Shown: in pieces, positions 1 to 9,203 of the stretch
How positions within the stretch are numbered: position 1 is the first letter of the stretch
Layout of the letters: every line of letters begins with the position of its first letter
Virus record (IMG/VR): IMGVR_UViG_3300010413_002638
Location: 32,001 to 96,000 of that record
DNA length: 64,000 nucleotides
Source of the DNA: a virus
Strand: one strand, 5' to 3'
Position numbers and translations under genes: made by a program
The notes under the pieces: generated by a model
Seen by the model: only the letters and a program-made list of their open reading frames with translations
Databases searched by the model: none
What the model was told of the DNA's origin: nothing

Positions 1-2
1 AT

Positions 3-251
3 ATACGCTTGCAGGCGATCAAACCAATTGTTTAGGAGCATAATATCTTGATGAGCAATTACTATATTGTCGGTCTTCGCGACATTCAGCCCTACATTCA
101 GAGCCAAGCTAGCTGAATATAAGTTGGAATCGTTTATGATTGGAATAATTTCTACGTCGTGTTGCTGCCGCTGTTCATAGACCGATCGCAGCAAGCATCT
201 GTCGAAGATCTCTGGGTTGGAGACACAGCAAACGACGGAGAATTTAGCCAT
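3..251 (-). CDS. glycosyltransferase family 2-like protein, N-terminal part (runs off the window edge; not in the ORF track)
   Basis: Manual translation from ATG 251: MAKFSVVCCVSNPEIFDRCLLRSV...SASLALNVGLNVAKTDNIVIAHQDIMLL; GT-A pattern with HQD at the DxD position. Confidence 0.75.
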   Translation of the reverse strand, partial: MAKFSVVCCVSNPEIFDRCLLRSVYEQRQQHDVEIIPIINDSNLYSASLALNVGLNVAKTDNIVIAHQDIMLLNNWFDRLQAY

Positions 252-280
252 CAGCAAAATTACTGTAAAGGAGAATCAAT

Positions 281-505
281 ATGGCAACGACGACAATCAC
301 CAACACTTCGAACCAGGTGATTCCTATTCTGGTTGGATCGACCACGCTAGCCAAAGCTGATGCCTCTTCTTCGATTGCACCGCTCACCGCCGAGCAAACG
401 AGAATAGCACCCGGTGCTCAACTCGTCATTGAGACATCGCGAGTTGATCTGGGACAGCTGGAACAATTGCGCCGAAAGAGTCTGATCACGTTCACTACCT
501 TCTAG
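281..505 (+). CDS. hypothetical protein (74 aa)
   Basis: AAGGAG RBS; fills the gap between neighbouring genes. Confidence 0.65.
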   Translation: MATTTITNTSNQVIPILVGSTTLAKADASSSIAPLTAEQTRIAPGAQLVIETSRVDLGQLEQLRRKSLITFTTF

Positions 506-981
506 TCTCTTTCGAACAGCACAAATCTGTCGTCCAGATATTTACGAAGTATTGGCAACACTTGCTTCTTGCGAAGATTGCCATTCTCACAACCAACTAA
601 GGGTATGCCCACTGGTTTGACCAGACGCATACCCTTATTCTTAAATATATCCACCCAAACGACTAGTTGTGATGTGGACTTGCGTATCAACTCCAAGTCC
701 GAATCTTGCTGCCAAGACATCCATGGCTGACCCGCTAATGGTTTAGTCGGAAAAAGAAATAAGCGGCCAGACTTATATGGTAGAACTGCCGTTTCATCGC
801 GAAATTTCTTGCATTTAGCCCCATACCATCCGGCTAATTCTGGGTATTTGTCGGACGCAGCTCGAGCTATACCGGCACCCATGGGATTGCTGCCGTCTTT
901 CTTCCAGCCGATATTTGTAGTAATGACGATCCAGCCACCTTCTGCATGATGAGTCCATATATCGCCAATCTTTTCTATCAT
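502..981 (-). CDS. macrodomain protein, DarG-like ADP-ribose binding/hydrolase
   Basis: GDIW, TTN..., MGAGIA, LFPTK and GIPLVGCENGNL follow macrodomain/DarG motifs. Confidence 0.8.
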   Translation of the reverse strand: MIEKIGDIWTHHAEGGWIVITTNIGWKKDGSNPMGAGIARAASDKYPELAGWYGAKCKKFRDETAVLPYKSGRLFLFPTKPLAGQPWMSWQQDSDLELIRKSTSQLVVWVDIFKNKGMRLVKPVGIPLVGCENGNLRKKQVLPILRKYLDDRFVLFERD

Positions 982-1616
982 TTCACAAAGCTCTCCATAT
1001 CAATGAAAAAATCGGCATAATATTGCGATATAATACCCCGCTCCACTCCCAATATCCTGTGCAACCACTCCGGCGAATACTTGGCCCAGTAACCAGATGG
1101 CCTGCCGTCCAAACTAGATTCGTTTATCTTGGGTGTTTGGCGAAACTTTTCTTCATCAAAATCCACACCTATCTGTGTCAACACGTTGACGCAATCATCA
1201 ACCAAATTCTCAGTCCGCCCAACGAAATCGATCCCATTTGGTACAGAATCGATGTACATGTTATAGAGATACGTGAGCCAACCACTGGGCTTGTATTCAA
1301 AGACCCGACGGAGAAAATCCAAAAAATCATTAGATGCACAATTGTAATCAAGCGGATGTTCAACGTGCCAACCATGTTGCACTCGATGTACCCAACGAGA
1401 CTGGTACCAAGTCAGGGGATGGCGAACAAAAGCAAAAACAAACTTGCCGTCAAAAAAATCCTGTGGCTTCAATTCCATAATGTACGGAAAATGACTATGT
1501 TGCTCGCCAAGCTCTTCAAATGGAATATTATTTGTAGACATGGCATGGCGAAACCAAGTTCCGCCAGTCTTGGGAATATGAAGAAAAACTGCATTATTGT
1601 TTATCAATAGAGCCAT
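978..1616 (-). CDS. sulfotransferase (Sulfotransfer_2 type)
   Basis: FLHIPKTGGT (5'-PSB), FAFVRHPLTWYQS (3'-PB), DFVGRTENL. Confidence 0.85.
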   Translation of the reverse strand: MALLINNNAVFLHIPKTGGTWFRHAMSTNNIPFEELGEQHSHFPYIMELKPQDFFDGKFVFAFVRHPLTWYQSRWVHRVQHGWHVEHPLDYNCASNDFLDFLRRVFEYKPSGWLTYLYNMYIDSVPNGIDFVGRTENLVDDCVNVLTQIGVDFDEEKFRQTPKINESSLDGRPSGYWAKYSPEWLHRILGVERGIISQYYADFFIDMESFVK

Positions 1617-1797
1617 GCGTGGTCAATGCTTCGCACATATGTCTAGCTATAGCACCGCAAACATCTTCACCGGGCAACTGATCCTTGATCTCAATACTAT
1701 TGAACGCTTTCCCGTTGAAATCGAATGCGAGATGGATAGAACAAACAGAGACTAGCCTATTACGAAGTAATTCATAGACATCATCGAACTGGGTCAT
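1594..1797 (-). CDS. hypothetical protein
   Basis: Overlap-coupled within the minus-strand operon. Confidence 0.55.
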   Translation of the reverse strand: MTQFDDVYELLRNRLVSVCSIHLAFDFNGKAFNSIEIKDQLPGEDVCGAIARHMCEALTTHGSIDKQ

Positions 1798-2738
1798 GAC
1801 AACATTCCTTGTGCCTCATCCGTGAAGCCAAGAGCACTAAACAAACCAGCTATCCGATGATGATATGTATGATTATTCAGCACATGTTGACGCTGTTGCT
1901 CAGCCACAGCTATTCGTGCCTCATCGTTTCTGATATAGTGATGACATTTTTGCACGTAATTTGCCTGGTCCCGTCCCATCTCGATACTAGGGATAATATT
2001 ATTCAGACGTGGTACCGGATCGTGCACTGCCAAACAACCACATAAAACCACTTTAAACACGCGCTCTGGAATATCTATACCATACTGTTGCGTATGACGC
2101 TCCGAAACGCAAGGCGCAACCTTACCACTGTTGAAAAAAGGAGTCACCTGGTCTTCCGATAGCCCACCTGAACACAACCCCTGGGGCCAATCACCCCAAC
2201 CATGTACCCTGAAGGAGACAGGACGCTTTAACATTGGAAACAGATAACGATCGATGGTCATAGCCTTATAGGCCCAACGACCGCCTAGATAGACAATATC
2301 CAACGGTCGATTCTTCCGGTCAACGTTGAGATGATAAATGACTCTGTCGGCAGCTGTCGGCATAGGTACCCAAGGAATCGATGCTTTGCCCGGCCAGTAG
2401 CTCCACAGCAGCTCGTCGGCTGGATAACCATAGCCAAACACGGCATTCGGTTTCTTGTCCAAAGTCCACCGAATGTTCGCTTCGGACTCGTTGATACCAT
2501 CGATGTTGACAGGCCCCCATGGGTTAACATGGATAGCAACTTTAGCTCTTCTGTTAGTAGGAATGGGTTGTTTGTGACCAGAACAGCCAATATACAGATC
2601 CGGATCAAATTGATGCCATGAAGATTCTTGCCCATCCCAACGCTCAGCCACATGTCCACGGTCTCGTAGACAATTGACCCAACCATCACTGATATAGCCA
2701 AAAGCGCCGCCGGGTCTGTGGCAAATCAAGACTTTCAT
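1794..2738 (-). CDS. GT-B glycosyltransferase (CgeB/Glyco_trans_1_2-like)
   Basis: DIVYLGG, VHGWGDW, PERVFKVVLCG, and C-terminal RIAVAEQQRQHVLNNHTYHHRI. Confidence 0.8.
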   Translation of the reverse strand: MKVLICHRPGGAFGYISDGWVNCLRDRGHVAERWDGQESSWHQFDPDLYIGCSGHKQPIPTNRRAKVAIHVNPWGPVNIDGINESEANIRWTLDKKPNAVFGYGYPADELLWSYWPGKASIPWVPMPTAADRVIYHLNVDRKNRPLDIVYLGGRWAYKAMTIDRYLFPMLKRPVSFRVHGWGDWPQGLCSGGLSEDQVTPFFNSGKVAPCVSERHTQQYGIDIPERVFKVVLCGCLAVHDPVPRLNNIIPSIEMGRDQANYVQKCHHYIRNDEARIAVAEQQRQHVLNNHTYHHRIAGLFSALGFTDEAQGMLS

Positions 2739-2992
2739 CAGTTTCCTACATCCACTGGCTCTGGTATTTGGGATTTAGTCGCAACGACTCTCAGTTGGCT
2801 CGGCTTAGCATACACTTTATAGTCGAACCCAACATTAATTACCAGCAAACCAGCTTCTTCGCTAATCACCCTGCCAGTGATGCCTTTGTTTCTGCAAAAG
2901 ACAGCCGCCAATTGGTCTGCTGTTTCGTTGAAAGCCACAATATCGCCAAAATTTATTGAGTCCATTTTTGTATTTCCTCTTGCCACCCACAT
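2738..2992 (-). CDS. hypothetical protein (true start may be 2965)
   Basis: Operon continuity. Confidence 0.5.
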   Translation of the reverse strand: MWVARGNTKMDSINFGDIVAFNETADQLAAVFCRNKGITGRVISEEAGLLVINVGFDYKVYAKPSQLRVVATKSQIPEPVDVGN

Positions 2993-4908
2993 TCAAAAAG
3001 TCGTTGTTTTTGTAATTTGATTCTGTCCGGAATCGCTAGTTGGCAGAGCTTAGCTTCACGTTCCTTATTTTGTCGGTGGTGATCATTCCAATGTGCGACT
3101 CGCCCATGCCACATATGCAAAAAATCGAATACTCGACTTTCCACCCAATCACATCCCATAGAAAGTCTAGCATAAAAGTCGCAATCTTCGCAGCCATAAC
3201 CCCAATAATCCTCACAGAAGCCGCCTACCGCCCAATAGGTTGATCTCCGGCACGCCAATGAGCCTCCCTCAAAATACCCAACAATCCTTTCACAATTCAC
3301 GTTCTTGGTGACTTCTCTAGATTCACATATCAAATCGGTCGATGGCTGATCAGCATATAAAACTGTCTTGCCCATGTGGCAACCATCATGATTCTCTAGG
3401 ATATTAGCCACATTGGTCGTGTAATTGCCTTGAACGAGCATATCGGCATCATGGAGTATTATTTTGTCGGTCAGTGCTTTAGATACACCGTAGTTGAAAG
3501 CCAATGACTTGTTGAACAGCTCCGTGCGTTTGTCTGGCACCAAGTAATAGTAAATCGGCTTTATTTCTTCCAAGTTGATCTTGGTTGTTGTATCTTGCTC
3601 AACTAGGACAGTATGGATTACCGGGTATTGCTGAGCACGTATATTGTTGATAACCGATCTGATGCAAGCTTCTCGGCCAACATTTCGGAAAGGAACAACG
3701 TAAGTTACTTCCGGCATCCGCGATGATTCTGTCGGCCCACATCTTGTTGGTGTTCGCTTCTTAAAGAGGTCTTTGGCGTTCCTCAGATGGTCCGATTTAT
3801 GGTCTATCACCGATGTATCTGAATGCAAATGGAAATAAGCGTCAGAGCCAGCGGCATCCCAAAAGCCTGGTTGTTGTAAGCTGAACTCCCAGACTCGTTG
3901 GCTCCAATCTACGTGTTCCATGCCATAAAGACCATACTCCTCATTGAAGTACCCGCAAGTAGTCAACATATCTCGGTCGAATGCCAGCACCGCCCCGTGT
4001 GGCCGCTCATGGACTACTAATAAGTCCATATCTTTTACTCTGGTCAGAGTGCCACGGTCAGCACCATATACGCCCTCTTGGCGATACATGAAGTGATGCA
4101 TGCCGGTTCTTTGCATGGCTGCTACGTAAAAATGCTCCCATCCTTGTTGCAAGATCTCGATGTCATCATTCAGCATGAGACCATATTTGAAGCGTGATAG
4201 GCACCGTATCAATCTGTTGTGATTTCCAGCTACTCCTATTCGTTGTTGATTCTTGATGACTACAATACCACCCTGTGCAGTCAATTGGTCTAGGTATTCC
4301 AGCAGCTGTGGGTTGGTGCTACCGTCGTCGCTTATAAAGATTGTTGTCTTATGAACGTCAGTATTGGCGAGAACCGAATCAACCAATCTCTTTAGGCAAG
4401 ATAATCTGTTGTAAGAGAGGATGCCTACTCCGATGTTGTTGCTAATCGGGATCGTCGATTTGTCCAGATTCGCTCGAAGTAGAGCGGTGGCGTCGGCGTT
4501 TATACGACGTCCAACTATGCGAGTGCGTTTAGTTGGTGAAACATTTTGTCGTTGAACTTGTCGCGACCTGACTATCTTTTTGGCTCTATCAACTCGTTGT
4601 CTGCCGACTTTTCGGTCTTGGAGCGGAGGTGGAGGTGTTGGGGGTGGTGGGGGAGCAGCAGCTTTCTTGGTTGCTTTGTTCAGTTGTAGCTTGCTGCGAA
4701 TTTTGCCCGTTCGCGGGAATTTGGCTGCTGGTTTGGTAACTTGTGGTGTCGCACGAGTTTCGTTTACTCTGCGAATGTAGCCTCTGCTGATGTATTTGTC
4801 GAAGTATTCGTCCAGTACCACTTTTTGTTTGGCTCGGACTGTCACCTGCATGCCATTTTGGCCTATTAGGAAGACTGAGTAGGTATTAGGATTAATATAC
4901 TCAGGCAT
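2953..4908 (-). CDS. two-domain glycosyltransferase (GT2 plus GT7C/galactosyltransferase-like) with a basic, Pro-rich N-terminal extension
   Basis: GILSYNR, ISDDGS, MLNDD, YGMEHVDW; second domain VVPFRN, FNKSLAFN, LHDAD, GGFCEDYWGYGCEDCDF; AGGGAG RBS before ATG 4908. Confidence 0.85.
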   Translation of the reverse strand: MPEYINPNTYSVFLIGQNGMQVTVRAKQKVVLDEYFDKYISRGYIRRVNETRATPQVTKPAAKFPRTGKIRSKLQLNKATKKAAAPPPPPTPPPPLQDRKVGRQRVDRAKKIVRSRQVQRQNVSPTKRTRIVGRRINADATALLRANLDKSTIPISNNIGVGILSYNRLSCLKRLVDSVLANTDVHKTTIFISDDGSTNPQLLEYLDQLTAQGGIVVIKNQQRIGVAGNHNRLIRCLSRFKYGLMLNDDIEILQQGWEHFYVAAMQRTGMHHFMYRQEGVYGADRGTLTRVKDMDLLVVHERPHGAVLAFDRDMLTTCGYFNEEYGLYGMEHVDWSQRVWEFSLQQPGFWDAAGSDAYFHLHSDTSVIDHKSDHLRNAKDLFKKRTPTRCGPTESSRMPEVTYVVPFRNVGREACIRSVINNIRAQQYPVIHTVLVEQDTTTKINLEEIKPIYYYLVPDKRTELFNKSLAFNYGVSKALTDKIILHDADMLVQGNYTTNVANILENHDGCHMGKTVLYADQPSTDLICESREVTKNVNCERIVGYFEGGSLACRRSTYWAVGGFCEDYWGYGCEDCDFYARLSMGCDWVESRVFDFLHMWHGRVAHWNDHHRQNKEREAKLCQLAIPDRIKLQKQRLFECGWQEEIQKWTQ

Positions 4909-4918
4909 CACTGGCTCC

Positions 4919-5551
4919 CTACCTGACCACTTGTACGTATAATGGCTGGTAGTTCCTAACAGATTCATATAATCGAAATCTGCTCGGCTTCAATACCAGA
5001 TCGCCTTCGTAGGTGCCGCGACCCTTCATAATGAATTCAATAGCTCTTTCATCAATGATTTCGGTCGTCAACACCTCTTGCGTTGGATAAATCCTGCCAA
5101 ATATATCCTTCACCATTCCCGGAGAGGCCATTTTATTCAACGATACTTGTACATCTACCAGTATTAGTTCTCCGTCATTTAAGGCGAAGAAGAACTGGGC
5201 TTGTTCTATTTTTATCAGACGCATTGTCTCGTAAAATGTAACCACGTCTTTTCGCACGAACTCGTTGGCAGCGATGGTGAGTTCGGAAGGGTCTTTGGCT
5301 ACAACGTCTATTTTGTTGCCCGCCCAATCCCCGCACATAACGACGACTTGGTCGTTCTTAGGTTGTCTATATATGAGAACAGCCAAACCAGTGTGACCGT
5401 AATGGCGAATGACGTAGCAGAAGATATCTTTTATATTAGGAGTACCCTCGAAGGGTAATAGAGTAGGATATTTCAATATCTGTGGTAGTTCAGACGTACC
5501 AGACGATCGCGTTTTGGGTGGGGTCGTGGTGCTGAATCGCGTATTTGCCAT
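4919..5551 (-). CDS. hypothetical protein (start uncertain)
   Basis: Long ORF in operon. Confidence 0.6.
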   Translation of the reverse strand: MANTRFSTTTPPKTRSSGTSELPQILKYPTLLPFEGTPNIKDIFCYVIRHYGHTGLAVLIYRQPKNDQVVVMCGDWAGNKIDVVAKDPSELTIAANEFVRKDVVTFYETMRLIKIEQAQFFFALNDGELILVDVQVSLNKMASPGMVKDIFGRIYPTQEVLTTEIIDERAIEFIMKGRGTYEGDLVLKPSRFRLYESVRNYQPLYVQVVR

Positions 5552-5789
5552 TGCGAGCCCGTTTTACTTCTGACAATTTCAACTTGATAGTCTCTTTGTC
5601 ATGGTCGGCTTCCGCCATTGTGAATAACAGGTAAGGTATACCAGCCATGAGCACGCACAGCTCATCGGTGGTTCGATCATAATTAACTACCAAGCCGTGC
5701 CAGGTGCTAAACCACTTGGACCAAACAAAATAATCTCCATAACATGGTGTATACTCTGCTCTGGGTTTATATTGAGCCAAGACCGGCAT
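5490..5789 (-). CDS. hypothetical protein
   Basis: ORF in operon; start MPVLAQ avoids overlap with the upstream gene. Confidence 0.55.
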   Translation of the reverse strand: MPVLAQYKPRAEYTPCYGDYFVWSKWFSTWHGLVVNYDRTTDELCVLMAGIPYLLFTMAEADHDKETIKLKLSEVKRARNGKYAIQHHDPTQNAIVWYV

Positions 5790-5796
5790 GGACTGA

Positions 5797-6309
5797 CTAG
5801 TTGTTTTCGATTCTGGTGAGTTTGTGCTCATAGATATCATATTTGTAAATGTATCCGTCATCTAGATTCCAACAAATATGTACTCCATCCCTATACCCAC
5901 CGAGCCACTGTGATATTAATGGATCAACCCATGTTTTACCGAGACTACCGGCACCGACGGCGGCGAACTTCATTGTCTTTCCATTTACTTCGACGCTCGC
6001 CGTGTCAGCGTATTTATCCTCCGACTCAATACGATTTCTTATAATATCCAGACCTTCTATCAACATATCTCGCTTGCTCTTGCTCTTAGTCGGAGCGGAG
6101 ACTCGGTACCGTTGTTCTGTTCCCGTCGTTTCGTCTTGGGCGGATACGATAGTACCAATAGGAATAGTGCGTTGCGTTGGATTTTTCTTGGGGTCCAGTT
6201 GTGCGACCAGGCGTTTGATGTCCTCGACCGTGTGCACCTCAACCGGTTTCAGGATGTTCGGACTCAATCGTTGTTGCTGCCTCGCCAAGGCTTTGTCCAA
6301 TTGTTCCAT
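5797..6309 (-). CDS. hypothetical protein
   Basis: GGAG RBS, operon continuity. Confidence 0.65.
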   Translation of the reverse strand: MEQLDKALARQQQRLSPNILKPVEVHTVEDIKRLVAQLDPKKNPTQRTIPIGTIVSAQDETTGTEQRYRVSAPTKSKSKRDMLIEGLDIIRNRIESEDKYADTASVEVNGKTMKFAAVGAGSLGKTWVDPLISQWLGGYRDGVHICWNLDDGYIYKYDIYEHKLTRIENN

Positions 6310-6700
6310 CTTCGTTCTCCGAGATTCGCAGCATTATATCTAGCGAACTAACACGCCCGCGACGAATTAATTCATACGCCACATGCAACCAATTTGCCAA
6401 TCGATGCAACACAAAAACAGCCACCAACCAATTTATGAAAGTATTATCAAATATTGGAGGAGCAAACAAACCAAAGAAGGCAGCAACCCATACGCTACTG
6501 CAATACCCACAGCTCCATAAATCGTCCACAAACACTTTGAATGACCGCAAAATGCCGCCCGACGGTGGTCTATCCAAGGGGTAGGTCCACTGTTTCCATT
6601 TATTTTGGAATGGACCTATAAGCTTAGACGAGGTCAGGATTTCTGTTGTTGCTTCCACCGCGATGGCTAACAGCAGCAGAATAAGAATGGTCTCTAGCAT
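6239..6700 (-). CDS. membrane protein, DUF1360-like
   Basis: Hydrophobic segments and a CGYCSSVW motif. Confidence 0.6.
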   Translation of the reverse strand: MLETILILLLLAIAVEATTEILTSSKLIGPFQNKWKQWTYPLDRPPSGGILRSFKVFVDDLWSCGYCSSVWVAAFFGLFAPPIFDNTFINWLVAVFVLHRLANWLHVAYELIRRGRVSSLDIMLRISENEDGTIGQSLGEAATTIESEHPETG

Positions 6701-6945
6701 TACAGGATATATCGACAGTTAGCATTGGAACACTGATTACGTTCTCGATTAGCAATATTTACCAGCATAGTGGGATAGCCGCACTTTGGGCATGTTTGGC
6801 GGGGAATCACGTATTGGCGATTTATTTCCACTTTCTGTCGTTGTGGGTTACGTGCTATCCGCTGAACCGCCACTTTCTTTGTGGGAGCAGCCTTGGGTAC
6901 TACTTGTTTGCGAATGCTACGACTACCACCACCACAACAACCCAT
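6700..6945 (-). CDS. small basic zinc-ribbon protein with N-terminal MGCCGGG
   Basis: CPKC...CSNANC; K/R-rich. Confidence 0.7.
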   Translation of the reverse strand: MGCCGGGSRSIRKQVVPKAAPTKKVAVQRIARNPQRQKVEINRQYVIPRQTCPKCGYPTMLVNIANRERNQCSNANCRYIL

Positions 6946-6947
6946 GA

Positions 6948-7118
6948 CTATGTCCTATTATCAGCACTGAATGCCGGTCGGGGAGCAGCACTGGTAGCAA
7001 GCAGCTTTCTTTTGACCGGCACTGGTATGTTTTTAGGTCTAGTTGGTCGTGGACTACCGGCGTTGTATTTCAACACTCGTAATGGTGCCGTACCTTTAGA
7101 ACAACTTCCGCAGCCCAT
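6948..7118 (-). CDS. small basic protein (56 aa) with N-terminal MGCGSCS (not in the ORF track)
   Basis: Manual translation MGCGSCSKGTAPLRVLKYNAGSPRPTRPKNIPVPVKRKLLATSAAPRPAFSADNRT; GGGAGG RBS; fills the gap between neighbouring genes. Confidence 0.7.
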   Translation of the reverse strand: MGCGSCSKGTAPLRVLKYNAGSPRPTRPKNIPVPVKRKLLATSAAPRPAFSADNRT

Positions 7119-7131
7119 AACTGCCTCCCAT

Positions 7132-7800
7132 CTAGATTTGTATAAATATAGACTCCGGATCTACATGGGCTTCGAAGTCTCTCCACCGGCAGAAAACAAC
7201 TGGTGGTAAATTCAGTTCTACCATCACCTTGTTTTCTTTCTTCTTGGTCCGAGAAACGTTCATTGAGACAGGACCAAGCCAGCAATAAGCATCGAAATGG
7301 AGGTGAGGAAACCACACTTCTGAACATTTTCGACGATCAGTATATTCAGCTTCACTATCCATTGGCCGCAGGATATTCGATTGGAATGTTTGAAACGGAA
7401 CAGCTACCCAATCCCAATTTGGGTGTGGCTTGAAGAACACCATCGGGTATCGTTCAATGTTAGTGCGTTCCGTGAGGATCTTGGCATCATAAGTCGCCTG
7501 GTGCCACCATTCAGTGAACACGGCCTTTTCGGGATTCGTCATGAGGCCATCTAGGCTGAAGTCTTTGCCCTTTTTTGCCTCTATGGCGAAAATAATGTCC
7601 CCGTCAATTGGTATAACATCTGCGACGCCTTCTACTACTTTGACGTCCTCGCCTCGTCCTTCGACACGCCGCCTGCGGAATGGGCGGTTGGACCAATCTG
7701 TCATTAACCTGGCTACGCGACGTTCGTGATTCTTGGCGGTACGAACGTTGGATTTTCCGACTTTGGAGAACTTTTCTTTTTGTTCGTCTGTTAGGTCCAT
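7132..7800 (-). CDS. Holliday junction resolvase-like PD-(D/E)XK nuclease
   Basis: KNHERRVA, ADVIP, AIEAKK and WWHQA pattern of Hjc-like phage resolvases. Confidence 0.7.
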   Translation of the reverse strand: MDLTDEQKEKFSKVGKSNVRTAKNHERRVARLMTDWSNRPFRRRRVEGRGEDVKVVEGVADVIPIDGDIIFAIEAKKGKDFSLDGLMTNPEKAVFTEWWHQATYDAKILTERTNIERYPMVFFKPHPNWDWVAVPFQTFQSNILRPMDSEAEYTDRRKCSEVWFPHLHFDAYCWLGPVSMNVSRTKKKENKVMVELNLPPVVFCRWRDFEAHVDPESIFIQI

Positions 7801-7982
7801 GATTCCAGTAACTCTAGCATGAGTTCGAGAGCATTTATCCGCTCAGAAGGGACGCCTCGCGCGTACAGATGATCGACAAGGCCAGCAGCACGCTCATACA
7901 CCTCTTCTATTCCCATTTCCCTGCCACGCTCATGGGATAGAAGCATAATCCGCTTTATGAGCAAGCTCTCTATATTTACCAT
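7791..7982 (-). CDS. hypothetical protein
   Basis: Operon continuity. Confidence 0.5.
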   Translation of the reverse strand: MVNIESLLIKRIMLLSHERGREMGIEEVYERAAGLVDHLYARGVPSERINALELMLELLESWT

Positions 7983-7993
7983 ACGGCCAAATA

Positions 7994-8272
7994 CTATGCG
8001 AACCCACCGGCAGCTGTTCGCAGGTAAGTCACAATTGTATTTTGATCCATATAGTGGACGACATAATCGTCCGCTGATTCCAGCTCGAGATAAGTCTTGA
8101 CGGTGGGACTGCCGGATGTGTTGGCGATAGCGGAATCTTCGATTACACGGTGTTCGTGTGATCCAGAGAGTTGAGAAGCTATGTTGCCAGAGATATTATC
8201 CTTGGATACCACATTTCCGACGGCATCAACTTTCAGGAAACCGACTCTAGCAACATGGATATTAATCGCCAT
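7994..8272 (-). CDS. hypothetical protein
   Basis: AGGAG RBS. Confidence 0.65.
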   Translation of the reverse strand: MAINIHVARVGFLKVDAVGNVVSKDNISGNIASQLSGSHEHRVIEDSAIANTSGSPTVKTYLELESADDYVVHYMDQNTIVTYLRTAAGGFA

Positions 8273-8298
8273 TGGAATTCTCCTGGATTATTTTTGAT

Positions 8299-9135
8299 CT
8301 ACTCCAAGTTCATAAATGGAATAGTCAAATCAGTATATTCACTCTGGAAGCCAACTACCTTATATTTATTGATCAGACGATCAACTTCGCCTTTTACGTA
8401 ATTGACTTTCCTAGACATCACTTTTTGAATATAAATCCTATTGGCCAATAGCCTCGGACATAGCGACAAATCAATTAATAACATATTCCTCTGAAATAGC
8501 CGCCGCCCATGCGTTTCTATGAATTCTTGGAGGCCGCCGTTTTCTAAAATGGCGGTACTCTTAACCGGCCCGATACCATAATACCCATCAATAGAATCCG
8601 CTTTGTCTCCGACCAATGCTTTTTGCATGATCGGATTGTTGACGGGGACGGCCATTTCTTCTTGCTTTTTGGGGTCATAGACCTTCGAGCTAGAAAACCA
8701 AAATGGTATCTGCACCATATCCGAGTCTGTGGAGATTATCACGGATTGATGTGGGTGGCGAACCAAAGTCGCAGCATAGATGAGGTCGTCGGCCTCCATT
8801 TGTTTGCGGCTATACTGCCGCACGCCCATCACTTTGAAGAATGCTTTGGCCACCTGTGTCGTTCTGGCGAGATCTTCCGAAATATCTTCGACGTATGTGC
8901 TAGTAGATCTGTCTTTGTACGTCTCAAGCACCATTCGTCGCCAAACAGTGTGACGAGGGGCGTCCCAGAAAATATGCACAGACTCTGGGCGATATTTGTT
9001 CATCCAGGAAGTGAGCTGTCGTAAGAATATCACGAAGTAATGATATTTTATGGTATGACGGCGATCAGCTTTGACAGCGTAAATCGCCCGATACAGCGCG
9101 TTCCGGGCATCTATGAATAGGGCTGGCTTTGTCAT
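8299..9135 (-). CDS. 5'-3' exonuclease / flap endonuclease (T4 RNase H, PolA 5'-exo family)
   Basis: FIDARN, FWD...WR...YK, EADDLI, STDSD, ALVGDKADSIDGYYGIGP (H3TH). Confidence 0.92.
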   Translation of the reverse strand: MTKPALFIDARNALYRAIYAVKADRRHTIKYHYFVIFLRQLTSWMNKYRPESVHIFWDAPRHTVWRRMVLETYKDRSTSTYVEDISEDLARTTQVAKAFFKVMGVRQYSRKQMEADDLIYAATLVRHPHQSVIISTDSDMVQIPFWFSSSKVYDPKKQEEMAVPVNNPIMQKALVGDKADSIDGYYGIGPVKSTAILENGGLQEFIETHGRRLFQRNMLLIDLSLCPRLLANRIYIQKVMSRKVNYVKGEVDRLINKYKVVGFQSEYTDLTIPFMNLE

Positions 9136-9148
9136 AGCGTTAAGATAA

Positions 9149-9182
9149 TTGGCGGGGAAGGGGCACGTCCCTTCCCCGCCAA
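9149..9182 (-). terminator. GC-rich hairpin just downstream of the SSB gene (terminator or processing site)
   Basis: TTGGCGGGGAAGGG-gcacgt-CCCTTCCCCGCCAA, perfect 14-bp stem; only a weak U-rich tail. Confidence 0.65.
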
Positions 9183-9203
9183 CTTGTTGCGCAGAAGACT
9201 GCG

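Noticed and set aside
6700-7118. MGC N-termini as myristoylation signals implying a eukaryotic giant virus
   Set aside because: Shine-Dalgarno sites, overlapping operons, RecA, DnaE and sigma factors indicate a bacteriophage.
7141-7148. Exact T4 late promoter TATAAATA
   Set aside because: On the + strand inside a minus-strand gene, with no credible + strand gene downstream.
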